The notes beneath the pieces were generated by a model. It was given only the letters and a program-made list of their open reading frames with translations, had not been told where the DNA came from and did no database searches. Positions 30,024 through 38,171 of a DNA stretch of 64,000 nucleotides are shown here, piece by piece. Source of the DNA: Acetobacteraceae bacterium (lineage in GTDB: Bacteria; Pseudomonadota; Alphaproteobacteria; Acetobacterales; Acetobacteraceae); the NCBI GenBank assembly GCA_003151425.1, contig PLXO01000061.1, positions 3,748 through 67,747 of the forward strand, read 5' to 3'. The position numbers and the translations under genes were made by a program. Position 1 is the stretch's first letter. The number at the start of each line of letters is the position of its first letter.

Positions 30024-31019
30024 ATGAGACGGTTCAGACCTTATGTCCGGTCGCTGCTAGGCCTTGCGGCGATCGTGCTGCTGACGATCGGGCCGGCCAC
30101 CGCCGAACAGATCGTGGTCAGCAATTACGCCATCGCCGCCAACGGCATGCCCTACGCCATCGCGATGAAGCAGGGCTTCTTTCAGCAGGAAGGCGCCGAC
30201 GTCACCGGCATCCTGTCGTCCAACGGAGGCGGCACGACGGTACGCAATTTGCTGGAGGGCGATCTGGCCTATGGCGAGGTCGATCTTGCGGGGACCGTCC
30301 TGGCGATCCAGCAGGGCGCGCCGCTGAAGATCATCAGCGACAACGTGCTGACCGTGGCGGAGTTCGTCTGGGCCGTGCCGCCCGGGTCGCCGATCAAGAC
30401 CGTGCAGGATTTCCGCGGACAGAAGATCGGCTACACCAACCCGCGCTCGACCAGCCAGGCGCTGGACGTGCTGCTGCTGCAGACCGCGGGCATGACGCCG
30501 AAGGACGCCGAGCTGGTCAGGGTCGGCGGCTTCGGCGAGCAGATCGTGGCACTCAATCTTGGCTCCATCAACGTTGCGACATTGGCCGATCCGGTGTGGT
30601 CGCAGAACAGTGCCAAACTGCGCCCCATCGTTCGCGCGGCCGATGTGTTGCCGCCGCTGTGCAACGTCATCGGCGTCACCACGGCGAAGGCCGCTGCGGC
30701 GCGAGGTGATTTCTTGCGCGCGGTCCTGCGCGGGCGCCGCAAGGCGGTGAAGTTCATGTATGCGCACCCCGACGATGCCGCGGCAATTGTCGCTGACACG
30801 TATCGTCTCGATCCCGCGGTGGCGCGGCATGCCATCGAGGACCTGGTCGCCAAGAGCGCATCGAACACGCCCTACTGGGGAACCGGCAGGTTCGACTTTG
30901 CCGGGATGGACCGGATGATCGCGGCACAGAAGATCGTCGGCGCACTGTCCGGCGAGATCGATTGGTCCAAGCTTGTCGACCCGCAATTCCTGCCCGATGA
31001 TCAGAAGCCGGCGCGCTGA
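30024..31019 (+). CDS. ABC transporter substrate-binding protein (NitT/TauT/NMT1-like)
   Basis: Signal peptide and an SsuA/NMT1-like pattern. GGGAGGAGG Shine-Dalgarno sequence. Confidence 0.8.
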   Translation: MRRFRPYVRSLLGLAAIVLLTIGPATAEQIVVSNYAIAANGMPYAIAMKQGFFQQEGADVTGILSSNGGGTTVRNLLEGDLAYGEVDLAGTVLAIQQGAPLKIISDNVLTVAEFVWAVPPGSPIKTVQDFRGQKIGYTNPRSTSQALDVLLLQTAGMTPKDAELVRVGGFGEQIVALNLGSINVATLADPVWSQNSAKLRPIVRAADVLPPLCNVIGVTTAKAAAARGDFLRAVLRGRRKAVKFMYAHPDDAAAIVADTYRLDPAVARHAIEDLVAKSASNTPYWGTGRFDFAGMDRMIAAQKIVGALSGEIDWSKLVDPQFLPDDQKPAR

Positions 31020-31897
31020 TTGGTCGTCGCCTGATGCTGCGACGGCGTGTCCAGCGGTGCCTGTAGCGCGCCGGGTTCGGCCTGACGCATCGCCTTGATC
31101 GACTCCTCGCGCAGCCTGTCCCACAGGCGCGCGGTGATCGTTCCGAACGCGGGCAGCGCCGCGATCCGGCTGTCCCGATCGCGCGGCCAGCCGGTTTCGA
31201 TGACGTCGATGAACCGGCCCGGCCGCGCCGACATGACGCCGACACGGTTCGACAGCATGGCCGCCTCGTCCAGCGAATGCGTGATCAGCAGAATTGTCGC
31301 GCCCGTCTCGCGCCACAGCCGCAGCACTTCGTCGCCCATCAGCAGGCGAGTCTGCTCGTCGAGCGCGCCGAACGGCTCATCGAGCAGGATCAGCCGTGGT
31401 TGCAGCACCAGCGTGCGGGCGATGCAGACCCGCTGGCGCATGCCGCCGGAGAGCTGGGCCGGATAGGCATCGGCGAACCCGCTCAGGCCGGTGAACGCCA
31501 GCGCCTGCTGCGTGCGCGCTTCGATCTCCTGCCGGTCGAGGCCAATATGGCGCAGACCGAAGGCGATGTTGTTGCGGACCGTGAGCCAGGCGAAGCTCGC
31601 ATCCTCCTGGAACACGACGCCGATCCCGTCGGGCACGCGTCCCTCGACCGGCTGGCCCTCGAACTCGATCCGCCCCTCGCTGCACGGCGCCAAGCCTGCC
31701 AGCAGCTCGAGCAGCGTCGACTTGCCGCAACCGGAAGGTCCGACAACCGAGAAGACCTCGCCGCGGCGCAGCTCCAGGTCGATGGGCCCCAGAGCGTGCA
31801 GCTCGGTGCCGGCCGAGGCGGACGCGAAGCACTTCGTCACGCCGGTCAGCGCGGCATGCGGCAGGGACGCTTCAGGTGACCTGGCGATGGCTCTCAC
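31001..31897 (-). CDS. ABC transporter ATP-binding protein
   Basis: Walker A GPSGCGKST, signature LSGGMRQR, Walker B LILLDEPF. Confidence 0.85.
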   Translation of the reverse strand: MRAIARSPEASLPHAALTGVTKCFASASAGTELHALGPIDLELRRGEVFSVVGPSGCGKSTLLELLAGLAPCSEGRIEFEGQPVEGRVPDGIGVVFQEDASFAWLTVRNNIAFGLRHIGLDRQEIEARTQQALAFTGLSGFADAYPAQLSGGMRQRVCIARTLVLQPRLILLDEPFGALDEQTRLLMGDEVLRLWRETGATILLITHSLDEAAMLSNRVGVMSARPGRFIDVIETGWPRDRDSRIAALPAFGTITARLWDRLREESIKAMRQAEPGALQAPLDTPSQHQATTNQRAGF

Positions 31898-32087
31898 TCG
31901 ACAAGGCGCGATAAGCGCGCGATGGGTACGGCGATGAATTCCATCGGATGAAGAATGGCATGCCGATCAGAGGGGAACAACGTCGCCGTTCCTGCTGGCG
32001 TTTCCTGCTGGCGACCTCGCATCGTCGGGACCCCACCGTCATGGCCGCAACACGCGCGCCGATCCGAATTCCAACCAGGCACCGCCA

Positions 32088-32840
32088 GTGACGGCCGCCG
32101 CATGGGTTCGCCTCACGCTGGTCGTCGGCGCCATCCTGCTGCTCGAGCTGCTGTGCCGGGTCGGCATGATCGACCATCTGACCATGCCGCCGCCGAGCGA
32201 GATCATGCGCGACCTTGTCGTGCTGCTGGCGTCGGGCCGGATGAATGGCGCGATGCTCAAGACCCTGCTGAACGTCGTCATCGCGTTCAGCACCGCGACC
32301 GTCGCCGGCGTCGGCCTGGGCGTGGCGATCCACGGCATGCTGACGCTGCGGCGGGGTCTGGAGCCCCTGTTCGCCACCTATTACGCCATCCCGGTCTACG
32401 CCTTCTACCCGCTGTTCATCGTCCTCTTCGGACTGGGCGACGCACCGCAGATCCTGATCGGCTTCATGCTCGCGCTGGTAGCGGTGATCATGAGCACGCT
32501 GAACGGTCTCGACCGGGTCTCGCGCGTGCTGTTGAAGACGGCGCGCATGCATCGGCTCGGACCGGCGGCAACCGCCTGGCACATCACCCTGCCGAGCGCC
32601 GCCCCGTACCTGCTGACCGGCGTGAAGCTCGCGGTCGCCTATGCCTTCATCGGCGTCATCGGCGCCGAGTTCATCATGTCGAACACCGGGATCGGCTACG
32701 AGATCAGCTACGCCTACAATGATTTCGACAACGCGACCATGTATCCGCTGATCGTGCTCATCCTGGTGATCTCGATCGTTGTCAACGCGATGCTGTCGCG
32801 CTGGGAGGCGGCGCTCATGCGACGGCGCGGCAACCGATGA
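32088..32840 (+). CDS. ABC transporter permease
   Basis: BPD-type 6-TM permease. GTG start. Confidence 0.8.
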   Translation: MTAAAWVRLTLVVGAILLLELLCRVGMIDHLTMPPPSEIMRDLVVLLASGRMNGAMLKTLLNVVIAFSTATVAGVGLGVAIHGMLTLRRGLEPLFATYYAIPVYAFYPLFIVLFGLGDAPQILIGFMLALVAVIMSTLNGLDRVSRVLLKTARMHRLGPAATAWHITLPSAAPYLLTGVKLAVAYAFIGVIGAEFIMSNTGIGYEISYAYNDFDNATMYPLIVLILVISIVVNAMLSRWEAALMRRRGNR

Positions 32841-33589
32841 TGTCGCGCATCCGGCGGCTCAACTGGAACGGTATCGTGCTGATCGGCGCGCTGCTGCTCG
32901 TCTGGCAGCTCCTGTTCGAGGTCGCCGGCGAGAATGCCATGGCGGCGCCGGTCGCGACGGTCGGCTACCTGTTGCAATTGCTCGGCACCGCTGCCTTCTG
33001 GTCGAACGTCACCGCGACCGCTGCCGCCTTTCTGCTGGCGCTGACCATCGCGCTGCTGCTCGGCCTGGCCATCGGGTTCGCACTTGGACTGCACCGGTTC
33101 TCCGCCGAGGTGGTCGAGCCGATCCTGGTCTCGCTTTACGCGGTGCCGAAGGTCACGCTCTATCCGATCGTGCTGCTGGCGTTCGGCATCGGTCTGCCGG
33201 CGAAGGTCGCGTTCGGCGCCATCCATGGAGTCATTCCGATGGCGATCTTCACCACGACCGCGATCCGCACCATCAACCCGGTGCTGCTGAAGACCGCCAG
33301 GGTCATGCGGTTGCCGCCCTCGGTGGTGGCACGATCGATCATCCTGCCCAGCGCACTGCCTGAGATCTTCACCGGCATCCGCGTCAGTTTCTCGCTCACG
33401 CTGATCGGCACGCTGCTGGGTGAGATGTTCGGCTCGCAGCGTGGCCTCGGCTATCTGCTGATGACGGCGATCGGCCTGCAGAACGTCCGCATGATCATGG
33501 CCGTGACGCTGCTGCTGGTGCTGTTCGCCGCGTCGGTCAGCATCGCGCTGATCGCCGTCGACCGAAGGCTGCATCGGTTCGCGGGGTAG
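32837..33589 (+). CDS. ABC transporter permease
   Basis: Paralogous permease with a 4-nt overlap with the previous gene. Confidence 0.8.
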   Translation: MMSRIRRLNWNGIVLIGALLLVWQLLFEVAGENAMAAPVATVGYLLQLLGTAAFWSNVTATAAAFLLALTIALLLGLAIGFALGLHRFSAEVVEPILVSLYAVPKVTLYPIVLLAFGIGLPAKVAFGAIHGVIPMAIFTTTAIRTINPVLLKTARVMRLPPSVVARSIILPSALPEIFTGIRVSFSLTLIGTLLGEMFGSQRGLGYLLMTAIGLQNVRMIMAVTLLLVLFAASVSIALIAVDRRLHRFAG

Positions 33590-33605
33590 CCCGGATCGGC
33601 GCGGC

Positions 33606-34115
33606 TCATGCCGCCGCACGCTCGACCTCGGTTCCACAAGCCGCAGGCAATGGATACGGCAGCGTGGCGGCTACCTCGACCTCAAGCCGCCACGGCCCCG
33701 GCTCCATCAGGTGGGCGTCCGGCAACGGCACCAGCGCATCGCCATTGGTCCAGCGGCACAACATCGTTGCGTCGTGCCGTTCCGGCTCCCACCAGCCCTC
33801 GCCGAACGCCGGATGGTCGAGCGGGATCGGCAACAACGACGCACCCGACCGTAACGTCAGTCCGCACAGCAGCACGCCGAGACGGCGGTCGTCCGCGACC
33901 CAGGGCCGTGTCTCACCCGGCACCGCACTGCGCGAGACCAGTCGCACCTGCGCGTCGGCACACGCCAGCACGATCACATGCCGCCCCGCCAAGACGCTCA
34001 CCGGGCCACGAGGCGCCCATCCGGCAACAGGCACAGCGCCGGATCGTCGGTCGTCGCCGGCGCCGGCGGCTGCGTCCAGCCGAGCTCGCCCGACCGCATC
34101 GCCAGCGCGCGCCAC
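33606..34115 (-). CDS. Hypothetical protein
   Basis: More protein-like than the overlapping frames (GWWEPE...RWTNGDALVPLP). No family recognised. Confidence 0.35.
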   Translation of the reverse strand: MARAGDAVGRARLDAAAGAGDDRRSGAVPVAGWAPRGPVSVLAGRHVIVLACADAQVRLVSRSAVPGETRPWVADDRRLGVLLCGLTLRSGASLLPIPLDHPAFGEGWWEPERHDATMLCRWTNGDALVPLPDAHLMEPGPWRLEVEVAATLPYPLPAACGTEVERAAA

Positions 34116-34290
34116 AAGCTCGCAACCCGGACCGAGGCCGTAAGCGATCGCAACCTCTCAGAGCCGCGGCCGGAGCATGCTCAATCGGTCAGACTCACAG
34201 TGCAGGGGCACTAGACCCGGAACGCCGGCCATGGCGGCCAGTCCGAACCGACCGAGGATCAACGGTTTCAGCAACTGGCATCATCCCCCG

Positions 34291-34560
34291 GTCGCGCGGT
34301 GCGTGCCTGGGACCACCCCCCTTCCGGGGCCGATGCGGTGGCGGCGCTCTCACTGGTGCACAGGGTCCCCCCTACCAATTACGCACCTGGCGCGACAGCG
34401 TAGCCCGTCACGCCGGCGCCGACCTCATCCACAAACCGCACATGCGCGGGATCGTCCGGGCTGGCCTCGGTGCGGGTCGTGCCCGGGACCATCCCCATTT
34501 CCGGGGCCGATGCACGGGCGGTGTTCTCACTGGACATGGGGTCTTGCCGACCGATTACGC
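34291..34560. repeat. Two copies of a ~90-nt GC-rich structured-looking element
   Basis: Anchor TTCCGGGGCCGATGC at 34312 and 34499. Roughly three quarters of positions match by eye. The conserved block is TCTCACTGG...ATTACGC. Confidence 0.6.
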
Positions 34561-35175
34561 GGCGAGCGCCATGCCGGCGGCCGCCAGACGCGCCGCGACC
34601 TCGGCCAGGAGCTGATCGCCCATGGCCTCGCCCGGGCTGGCTTCGGTGCCGGTCGCCGAACTGGCCGGCGCCGCACTGTCGGGCCGCTGTCCGGCGGCCT
34701 CGGTCTCCGGCCGCGGCGCGGGAGTAGCCTGCCGCGCTGGCGCGCCCGGAGCGGTGGCGGGCGCTTGCGGCGCGCGGGCGCCAGCGACCGACGCCGCCGC
34801 CGAGGCCGGCAGCGCCGCGTCGGCCTGGAGACGCTTGAGCTCGCGCATCTTGGTGGCCGTCAGCCGGCTCAAGACCGCGGCCTTGGCCTGGTAGCGCAGG
34901 TGCAGGGCGGGCGGCAGATCGGGCCGCGCGGCACAGCGGTAGGCGTTCATGCAAGCGTGGTGGGCGGCGACGACATGGATCGCCAACATGGCCTGCACCG
35001 GATCGCGCGGGTCCAGTTGGGCGACCAGGGCAAACGCGGCATCGCGCTGCGCGGCTCTCTCCACGTCGGAGAAGTTCGGAATGACCGGCAGGGTGTCGAC
35101 GATGGTTTGCAGCAGGGCGCTGCGGGTGGCGGGGTCGAGGGCGAGTGGCGGCGCTTGGACGGTGATTGCGGTCAT
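34555..35175 (-). CDS. Hypothetical protein (paralog of the frameshifted gene at 19245)
   Basis: ATG 35175 with an AT-rich upstream region. Helical N-terminal domain and an Ala/Pro-rich C-terminal half. Confidence 0.5.
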   Translation of the reverse strand: MTAITVQAPPLALDPATRSALLQTIVDTLPVIPNFSDVERAAQRDAAFALVAQLDPRDPVQAMLAIHVVAAHHACMNAYRCAARPDLPPALHLRYQAKAAVLSRLTATKMRELKRLQADAALPASAAASVAGARAPQAPATAPGAPARQATPAPRPETEAAGQRPDSAAPASSATGTEASPGEAMGDQLLAEVAARLAAAGMALAA

Positions 35176-35677
35176 GGTGTGGGGTGCCTTCGGCGGTATG
35201 AAAAACACTCGAACATAACAGGAACGCCGCAGCGACGCAAGGACTATATTCCTAATGGTCGTTGTGCTTCGAATGTCCGCAATGGGTGGATAGCGGACCT
35301 TCAATTCGGAGTTTGAGCCGCCGCGTGCTGCACCGCGCCGGGCTGGTCTTCGCAAGGGCGCACGGCGAATCGCGCGACAGGGTGATCCTCTACGACGTGG
35401 GGAAATTGTCGCTGCAAGCCGCGGCACCGCTGCCCTGCTGCAAGTGGCACTGGCTCAACTGGAAAAGCGCAAGGACGGCAACCTTCTCACGTTCGCGCCC
35501 TATCGCGGGATGGGCGGTGTGGCCGGCGCCATCCGCGGCCACGCGCGCGCCGCACTGGCCGAGTGGCAGACGGAGGCGCGCCGCCCGGTGCTGGACCGGC
35601 TGGTGTTCCGTCTGGTGCAGCGCGACCGGCAGCGACGCATCGTTTCCCGCCTCGCGCCGCGCGCGGAGCTTGAGGCC

Positions 35678-35926
35678 GATCCCGAGATGCGGGTGCTGAC
35701 GGAGCACCTCGCGGCGGAGCGCCGGCGCGCGATTGCCGCGGCAAAGGTGCAGATCGGCCGCTCCGGCGAGCATATCGGCCAGGCGGCGATCCAGTTGCAC
35801 GGCGGCATCGGCATAACGATGGAATGCAAGGTCGGCCACTACGTCAAGCGCATGACGATGATCGGCATACTGTACGGCGACGCCGACTCGCGTCTGGCGA
35901 CGTTGGCCCGGCTGGGCGGGCTGTTC
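35678..35926 (+). pseudogene. Acyl-CoA dehydrogenase C-terminal remnant
   Basis: AAKVQIGRSGEHIGQAAIQLHGGIGITMECKVGHYVKRMTMI matches the C-terminal helices of ACADs. No N-terminal or middle domain lies upstream. Confidence 0.6.
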
Positions 35927-35968
35927 GGTAACACCCGCGCGCCGTGGACGGAGATCTCTTGTCCCCGT

Positions 35969-37024
35969 CTATGCCGCCTGCGGGATCGGCATCGCGCGAC
36001 GTGTCGGAAGTGGTTCCATCTGGGTGGCCGGGCCGAACATTCTGGCCGATGTCGCGACGTCGAACCCGAGATCGCGCGCACAGGCCGCCACGGACTCCCG
36101 GTACACGTCCTCGATGCCGCAGCGCTCCAGCAGAGCCAGATGCGCGTCGGCAACCGGGGCCTTGCGGCGGGCGCGAAAGCTGTAGTCCGCACTGGCGCCG
36201 TGCAGTCCCGGCACATTGAAGATGTCCGGCTCCTCCGGAAAGATGATCTTCGCCTGGTCCGACTCGAGGTGACCCTTCTCCTTCCACTTCGTCACCGACG
36301 TCTCGGTGAACAAGTCCGACAGGCCAAGGCGCCTGAACAAGGCTCTGGCTGCTGTCACCGGCTCCCGGGTCGCCTCATAAACGTAGTGCGTGACCTTCAC
36401 GCCGTGGCGCCGGGCGTGGCTCCTGACCCGGATCACGTTCAGTGCTGCGATCATGTAGTGGCGCGCCAGTATGTGCTCCGGCACGCGGCTGGACCACTTG
36501 TCGATCCAGGACGCGAGCGAGTCCGCCGGCTGGCGATCCAGGATGATAAGGTGCAGTTTGCTCGCCGGGTATCCCGCATCGATCAATTGCTGCAGCGGAA
36601 TGTACAGGCATTCGGCCAGGACATACGGCCCGGACGTCTCCTTGCTGAAGATGTACGGATGGGCGGCCGGCGAAGGAAGCAGCCACGGCGCCGCATCCTG
36701 TTCGACCAGGCGATGCCGGGTGATCGACTTCATCGGCTGGTAGTACGATGGTATTTCAGCCATGCCGAACAGATTGTTGAGTGCTGTGGAGCCCACCCGG
36801 GCCTTGCCCCACGCGCAGTAGAGCATGGGAAATTCTTCTGGAGCCATGTTGCGGAAGCCCCGCGCGAGGCAGTCGGTAACTTCGCGCGTCACGACGTCGA
36901 GGGCGACTGAGCGTGTCTGATACCCGGCGCGGGGTTCGAGCTGGATCGTGTCGAGAGAGGGATCTTCCTCCCGCACGAGAGCGGCCAGATCTTCGACCGC
37001 CAGAGCCGCCTCGGAAAGTCTCAC
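35969..37024 (-). CDS. Sulfotransferase-like P-loop protein (putative)
   Basis: GKARVGSTALNNLFG resembles a PAPS-binding loop. GTG 37024 preceded by GGAG. The family call is tentative. Confidence 0.45.
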   Translation of the reverse strand: MRLSEAALAVEDLAALVREEDPSLDTIQLEPRAGYQTRSVALDVVTREVTDCLARGFRNMAPEEFPMLYCAWGKARVGSTALNNLFGMAEIPSYYQPMKSITRHRLVEQDAAPWLLPSPAAHPYIFSKETSGPYVLAECLYIPLQQLIDAGYPASKLHLIILDRQPADSLASWIDKWSSRVPEHILARHYMIAALNVIRVRSHARRHGVKVTHYVYEATREPVTAARALFRRLGLSDLFTETSVTKWKEKGHLESDQAKIIFPEEPDIFNVPGLHGASADYSFRARRKAPVADAHLALLERCGIEDVYRESVAACARDLGFDVATSARMFGPATQMEPLPTRRAMPIPQAA

Positions 37025-37253
37025 GACAACATCTCCTTCGGGATCCTCTCCCTCACGGAGATGTGTAGCAACGGATCGTGAACAAAGCCTTAAGCTGGGA
37101 TCTCGTCCGGGCCAGGTGCGCAGAATTTTACGGTTGGGCGGGCATCGGGTATCCTCACCACTCCGGTGCGGTGGACGGGTGGCTGACCGGTCCACCCGCG
37201 ACGCGGGCATATGAACCACCGGCCACCGCAAGCGCCGCGCCCAAGCACGCAAT

Positions 37254-37690
37254 TGCATTTCAGAACAGCGCGAGACGGCGCGAGAGAGACAGGCGTCGTC
37301 CCATCCGGCGTACTTAAGCCTGCCACGTAATGAACCCTTGGTGGGGTCCCTTTGCATGACATTCAGAGCCATCTGCCGCAGCACGGCGGGGTTGTGCGGG
37401 CCGTTGCCCAGCAGATTCCTGGCCTGATCCTCGTTCCTAACGACGTCCAACCGTCAGTGCAGGCGATTTCGACGCCCCAATGGAAACGGACGACCTCGTT
37501 GAAACGTTCGCTGGATAGCGCTGTGCTGATCAGGTAACAGGCCGTCTTGGTCGTGGTTTTGCCTGGGGGTGTCCCGGATGCGGACCACCTTGCCGATGGC
37601 GGCCAAGCCGGGCCAATGGTGCCTCCTGCAACCAGTCAATATCGGTCGAGACCGTGGCCGTGCGCCAGGCGATCCGCGAGGTGAACCACA
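37254..37690 (-). mobile_element. ISAs1-family transposase remnant (C-terminal third, frameshifted)
   Basis: SRIAWRTATVSTDIDWL, WPGLAAIGKVV, VRFHWGVE-like and LRGRLKYAGWDD segments lie in three different frames. Confidence 0.6.
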
Positions 37691-37722
37691 CAGTGGCGCG
37701 CATCGTGCGCACCTCGACCACG

Positions 37723-37993
37723 GAGTTGGAGCGTCGGCAGTCACGCCGGTTTGAGCTGAATCTGTCCGGTCGGGTCGCGACCTCGGGCCAAGCAGATCAG
37801 GCCGCGCGGGTCAGCGACCTGTCCGGAGGCGGTGCCAGCCTGCGGGAGGCGCCGGCATTGCGCCCCGGGCGGGCGAGGTGCGCTGCGGTTGGACGCCGTC
37901 AGCGGCGAGCCGCCCTTCGTAGTGCGTACCGCCGAAGCCGATGCGCTGCATGTGGCGTTCGAACTGGACGGCGCCGCGGCAACGCCATTGTAG
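37723..37993 (+). pseudogene. PilZ-domain fragment, frameshifted
   Basis: ERRQSRRFEL...VSDLSGGGASL sits in one frame and GALRLDAVSGEPPFVVR...LHVAFELD, ending at TAG 37991, sits in the +1 frame. The 5' side is truncated at the IS remnant. Confidence 0.5.
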
Positions 37994-38171
37994 GCGCCGC
38001 TTGCCCGGCAGGAGCAGCACCGGGCGGTGTGAGCGGAGCGGTTTGCGAAGGCCGCTGGCTTCATGGCCACGTCTTGCCGCGCGCGGCATTTACCGGCTGT
38101 TTACGCCAGCGGTGCGATCATCGGACGCGTTCTAACCGATCGTCCACTCCTAACGCGATAAGCGGTGACCC

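Noticed and set aside
35262-35310. GAATGTCCGC..TGGGT..GCGGAC motifs (here and at 40636-40665) as regulatory sites.
   Set aside because: They resemble a small hairpin repeat that I recall as common in alphaproteobacterial intergenic DNA. With only two degenerate copies here, I treat them as REP-type background rather than specific operators.
37145-37180. CACTCCGGTGCGGTGGACGGGTGG resembles the MITE right terminus (CACTCCGGTTAAATGGACACCCCAG) and lies near the ISAs1 remnant, hinting that the MITE derives from that IS.
   Set aside because: Only the first 9 nt and TGGAC match. The orientation is also wrong for an outer end of the transposase remnant, whose interior lies at higher coordinates. It is probably coincidence.
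37654-37722. The N-terminal part of ORF 37654..38244 (AVRQAIREVNHTVARIVRT) as a methyl-accepting chemotaxis protein signalling-domain fragment.
   Set aside because: The same nucleotides on the minus strand encode SRIAWRTATVSTDIDWL. That fits the ISAs1 transposase pattern (GRIExR..V..D..WL) better and is contiguous with the other transposase pieces. Only the PilZ part from about 37723 is retained.
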